Below are positions 59,205 through 64,000 of a stretch of 64,000 nt of DNA, piece after piece. The number at the start of each line of letters is the position of its first letter. Within the stretch, counting starts at the first letter, position 1. Where the stretch lies: positions 1,108 through 65,107 of the forward strand of contig CAXHJY010001660.1 of the NCBI GenBank assembly GCA_964016885.1, written 5' to 3'. Source of the stretch: Eledone cirrhosa. Taxonomy: Eukaryota. Under the pieces are notes generated by a model. It made no database searches, was not told the origin of the DNA, and saw only the letters and a program-made list of their open reading frames with translations. The position numbers and the translations under genes are program-made.

Positions 59205-59221
59205 CACACATATATATATAT

Positions 59222-59298
<77 letters not shown>

Positions 59299-59315
59299 TA
59301 TATATATATATACAC

Positions 59316-59398
<83 letters not shown>

Positions 59399-59495
59399 CA
59401 CATATATATATATATATATACACATATATATATATATATACACATATATATATATATATACACATATATATACACATATATATATATATATACAC

Positions 59496-59928
<433 letters not shown>

Positions 59929-59935
59929 TATATAC

Positions 59936-59966
<31 letters not shown>

Positions 59967-59967
59967 C

Positions 59968-60018
<51 letters not shown>

Positions 60019-60031
60019 CATATATATATAC

Positions 60032-60066
<35 letters not shown>

Positions 60067-60067
60067 C

Positions 60068-60116
<49 letters not shown>

Positions 60117-60129
60117 CATATATATATAC

Positions 60130-60206
<77 letters not shown>

Positions 60207-60249
60207 CATATATATATACATATATATATATATATACATATATATATAC

Positions 60250-60392
<143 letters not shown>

Positions 60393-60405
60393 CATATATA
60401 TATAC

Positions 60406-60436
<31 letters not shown>

Positions 60437-60449
60437 CATATATATATAC

Positions 60450-60512
<63 letters not shown>

Positions 60513-60634
60513 TATATTAATAAGAGGAATTCCAACTTTGTCTGATTTACTCGTTTTATTTACAATCCTTTAAAATATATATAATGGTATTATAATGAAA
60601 TAGTATGATAGAATATTAAATTCTAAGTGTTAAT

Positions 60635-60673
60635 TGAACAAGTACTTTCATGCTTTCGCAATCTTCAGGTTCA
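60635..60673 (-). ncRNA. Minimal type I hammerhead (inverted copy)
   Basis: Reverse complement of 60757-60795. Confidence 0.75.
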
Positions 60674-60756
60674 TGATATGTGGTGACAGTCGAGTTTACA
60701 ATTTTCAACTGTTGAAAATTGTTGAAAATTGCAAACTCGACTGTCACCACATATCA

Positions 60757-60795
60757 TGAACCTGAAGATTGCGAAAGCATGAAAGTACTTGTTCA
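60757..60795 (+). ncRNA. Minimal type I hammerhead with palindromic stem III
   Basis: tgaac-CTGAAGA-t-tgc(GAAA)gca-t-GAAA-gtac-TT^-gttca. Confidence 0.75.
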
Positions 60796-60967
60796 ATTAA
60801 CACTTAGAACTTAATATTCTATCATACTATTTCATTATAATACCATTATATATATTTTAAAGGATTGTAAATAAAACGAGTAAATCAGACAAAGTTGGAA
60901 TTCCTCTTATTAATATAATCTTCTATACACAATCATACACACCCGTGTATATTTACCTATCTATATC

Positions 60968-61016
<49 letters not shown>

Positions 61017-61025
61017 GTATATGTA

Positions 61026-61080
<55 letters not shown>

Positions 61081-61103
61081 GTATATATATATATGTATAT
61101 ATG

Positions 61104-61174
<71 letters not shown>

Positions 61175-61357
61175 ATATGTATATATATATATATATGTAT
61201 ATATATATGTATATATATATGTATATATATATGTATATATATATGTATATATATATGTATATATATGTATATATGTATATATATATATGTATATATGTAT
61301 ATATATATGTATATATATATGTATATATATATGTATATATATATGTATATATATATG

Positions 61358-61388
<31 letters not shown>

Positions 61389-61389
61389 G

Positions 61390-61422
<33 letters not shown>

Positions 61423-61437
61423 GTATATATGTATATA

Positions 61438-61484
<47 letters not shown>

Positions 61485-61509
61485 GTATATATATATGTAT
61501 ATATATATG

Positions 61510-61570
<61 letters not shown>

Positions 61571-61781
61571 ATATATATGTATATATATATGTATATATAT
61601 ATGTATATATGTATGTATATATGTATATATATATGTATATATGTATGTATATATGTATATATATATGTATATATGTATATATATATGTATATATGTATAT
61701 ATATATGTATATATGTATATATATATGTATATATGTATATATATATGTATATATGTATATATATATATATGTATATATGTA

Positions 61782-61824
<43 letters not shown>

Positions 61825-61845
61825 GTATATATGTATATATATATG

Positions 61846-62008
<163 letters not shown>

Positions 62009-62173
62009 GTATATATATATGTATATATATATGTATATATATATGTATATATATATGTATATATATATGTATATATATATGTATATATGTATATATATGT
62101 ATATATATATGTATATATATATGTATATATATATGTATATATATATGTATATATGTATATATATGTATATGTA

Positions 62174-62214
<41 letters not shown>

Positions 62215-62261
62215 CTATATATATGTATATATATATATATATATATGTATCTATATATATG

Positions 62262-62291
<30 letters not shown>

Positions 62292-62292
<1 letters not shown>

Positions 62293-64000
62293 GTAACTTT
62301 GAATAACTTTGAAATGTTTTGGCCAGTATTGGCCCAGGCCATGTCTAACTTAATAGCACCACCTGGCGAAGTCTTTCAATTCAGGATTTGGGCACCATGG
62401 CCCATTCGAGAAGAGAATTACTGTTTGCGGAGACATATCCGGGTGTGGGTGGTTTGTCCGGGATTACTTGGAGGAATTTGTCCATAGACTTCTTGAATTT
62501 TGTGTGGTCAGTTTCTGTTTTGACGTGTCCTGGTGTGATGTTGAAGAGAGCAGGGCCGATTGAGGTGAAATAATTGTGCCGTATTGTTGTTATGAGTTGC
62601 GATTTAGATTTTTGAATGGGACGGATAGCACGGGGCCCAAGCCTTGGGTTTATCTTGAAGGCGATGCCAACATCATTTGGGCAGTGATGATGGAACATTT
62701 TCCACATCATGCAGATAATATAACGCTCACGGCGACGTTGGAGTGAGTAAAGTTTCAGGTTTTCCAATCGACCCCAGTAGTCAAGGTCTGACATGCCATC
62801 TATCTTTTTCGTGATTGCCCTTTGAGGAGCTTCAAGTTTCATGATACTTTGTTTCGTGTGGGGAGACCACAGTGGACAACAGTATTCAAGGTGTGGTCGG
62901 GCGAAAGTAGAGAAGAGAAGGATAATGGTGCGGGAATCTCTCGACTGGAAGGTTCTGAGGATCCAGGAACACATTCTGCGGGCCATGTCAACTTTGCTGC
63001 TTATATGCGTGGTCCAGCTTATGTTGCTGTCCACGGTTACTCCCAAGTCTCTGATGTTGTTAGATGCCACGAGAGTTTCCCCGGAGGGAAGGGAGTACGG
63101 GAGTTTCAGAGCATCCTCTTTTCCAAAGTGGATCAGTTCGAATTTGTCTTCGTTCAGTAACATGTTGTTCTTTTCTGCCCATTGGGTAACAGCCAGTAGG
63201 TTTGACTGAAGGCTTATCCGGTCATCCACGCCATTGATGACCTTTTGGAGCTTGGAATCATCAGCGAAAATTTTAATGTTGCTGTGTTTGATGATGTCAG
63301 TGATGTCATTAATATAGATGATGAAGAGAAGTGGGCCCAACACAGTGCCTTGTGGGACTCCACTACTGACTTTGGCTGGGCTTGATTTGACTCCCTCAAC
63401 TACAACATGTTGGGTTCTGTTTGACAGGAAGCTCTTGATCCACTGCAGCAGCTTTCCAGTGACACCAATATTGGACAGCTTTCTCAGTAGAATGTTATGA
63501 TCAACCGTGTCAAAGGCCTTGCTGAAATCAAGGTAGATAACATCAGTGTTGGAACCCTCTCCCAAGGCTCTCAAAATGTCATCAAAGTGATGCAGTAGTT
63601 GCGTCAGGCAATCCCTTCCATTACGGAATCCATGCTGGTTGGAGTTCAGCATATTGTTACTCTCAAGGAAGTGGGTCATTCGCGATCTCACCACTCGCTC
63701 AAATACCTTAATGATATGAGAGGTGAGTGAGATTGGACGGTAATTCACGGCAAGGGATTTGTTTCCCTTTTTGAAAACTGGGACAACAGACTGGGATAGA
63801 AGGTTTTCTGGCACATATCCAGCATCCAGTGAGTTCCGCCACAGATTGGCAAGAGGAGATGCAAGTTGGTGTTGACACGCCTTCAAGACACAAGCAGGGA
63901 ACCTATCGGGACCTACTGCTGAATTATGCTTGATTTCCTTTATTGCCGCCAAGACATCAGGGGCGCCAAACGTTATGTCCGATAAGGTGTAATGGGGAGT
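62292..64000 (-). mobile_element. CR1-like LINE, 3' portion with short 3'UTR ending in a (TA)n array
   Basis: Uninterrupted RT ORF, then about 90 nt of 3'UTR abutting the microsatellite. Confidence 0.9.
62381..64000 (-). CDS. Non-LTR retrotransposon ORF2 reverse transcriptase (CR1/L2-like), running off the window edge
   Basis: Motifs [61 protein letters not shown]. The frame stays open for 16 more codons to position 64000. Confidence 0.95.
   Translation of the reverse strand, partial: TPHYTLSDITFGAPDVLAAIKEIKHNSAVGPDRFPACVLKACQHQLASPLANLWRNSLDAGYVPENLLSQSVVPVFKKGNKSLAVNYRPISLTSHIIKVFERVVRSRMTHFLESNNMLNSNQHGFRNGRDCLTQLLHHFDDILRALGEGSNTDVIYLDFSKAFDTVDHNILLRKLSNIGVTGKLLQWIKSFLSNRTQHVVVEGVKSSPAKVSSGVPQGTVLGPLLFIIYINDITDIIKHSNIKIFADDSKLQKVINGVDDRISLQSNLLAVTQWAEKNNMLLNEDKFELIHFGKEDALKLPYSLPSGETLVASNNIRDLGVTVDSNISWTTHISSKVDMARRMCSWILRTFQSRDSRTIILLFSTFARPHLEYCCPLWSPHTKQSIMKLEAPQRAITKKIDGMSDLDYWGRLENLKLYSLQRRRERYIICMMWKMFHHHCPNDVGIAFKINPRLGPRAIRPIQKSKSQLITTIRHNYFTSIGPALFNITPGHVKTETDHTKFKKSMDKFLQVIPDKPPTPGYVSANSNSLLEWAMVPKS

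Larger units (their letters stand above)
60513..60917. repeat. Near-perfect palindrome with about 197-bp arms (fold-back PLE terminal repeat)
   Basis: Arms 60513-60709 and 60721-60917 are reverse complements with about 2 mismatches. Confidence 0.95.

Noticed and set aside
60708-60719. Palindrome centre actgttgaaaat matches the 27-bp satellite core
   Set aside because: A 12-bp AT-rich match explained by the palindrome's own symmetry; likely chance.

Overview
AT-rich, repeat-dense animal genomic DNA. The SINE tails, (TA)n/(CA)n load and TE mix suggest an octopus or other coleoid cephalopod (inference). One + strand spliced gene runs through the window. I traced 11 phase-compatible coding exons by hand (3283-44857, 907 codons, 3' end probably outside the window). 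They encode an N-terminal RUN domain of the PLEKHM1/PLEKHM2 type followed by a long Ser-rich region; the ORF track catches only fragments of it. The introns contain tRNA-derived SINEs, MITEs (hAT, piggyBac-like, Tc1/mariner-like), RTE and CRE-like LINE remnants, and a tRNA-Ala pseudogene. They also contain a 7-kb non-autonomous Helitron carrying a 27-bp satellite with its empty site alongside, an uninterrupted CR1-type RT ORF at the right edge, and about 15 kb of (TA)n arrays. The most notable unexplained signal is a population of type I hammerhead ribozyme motifs (about 7 with intact cores, about 10 decayed) in Penelope-like fold-back inverted repeats. One family shows compensatory stem changes, and three unrelated families share a non-canonical U10.1-U11.1 apposition. 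Every intact host-sense ribozyme is directly preceded by an antisense copy of itself. All calls are by eye; no searches were run.
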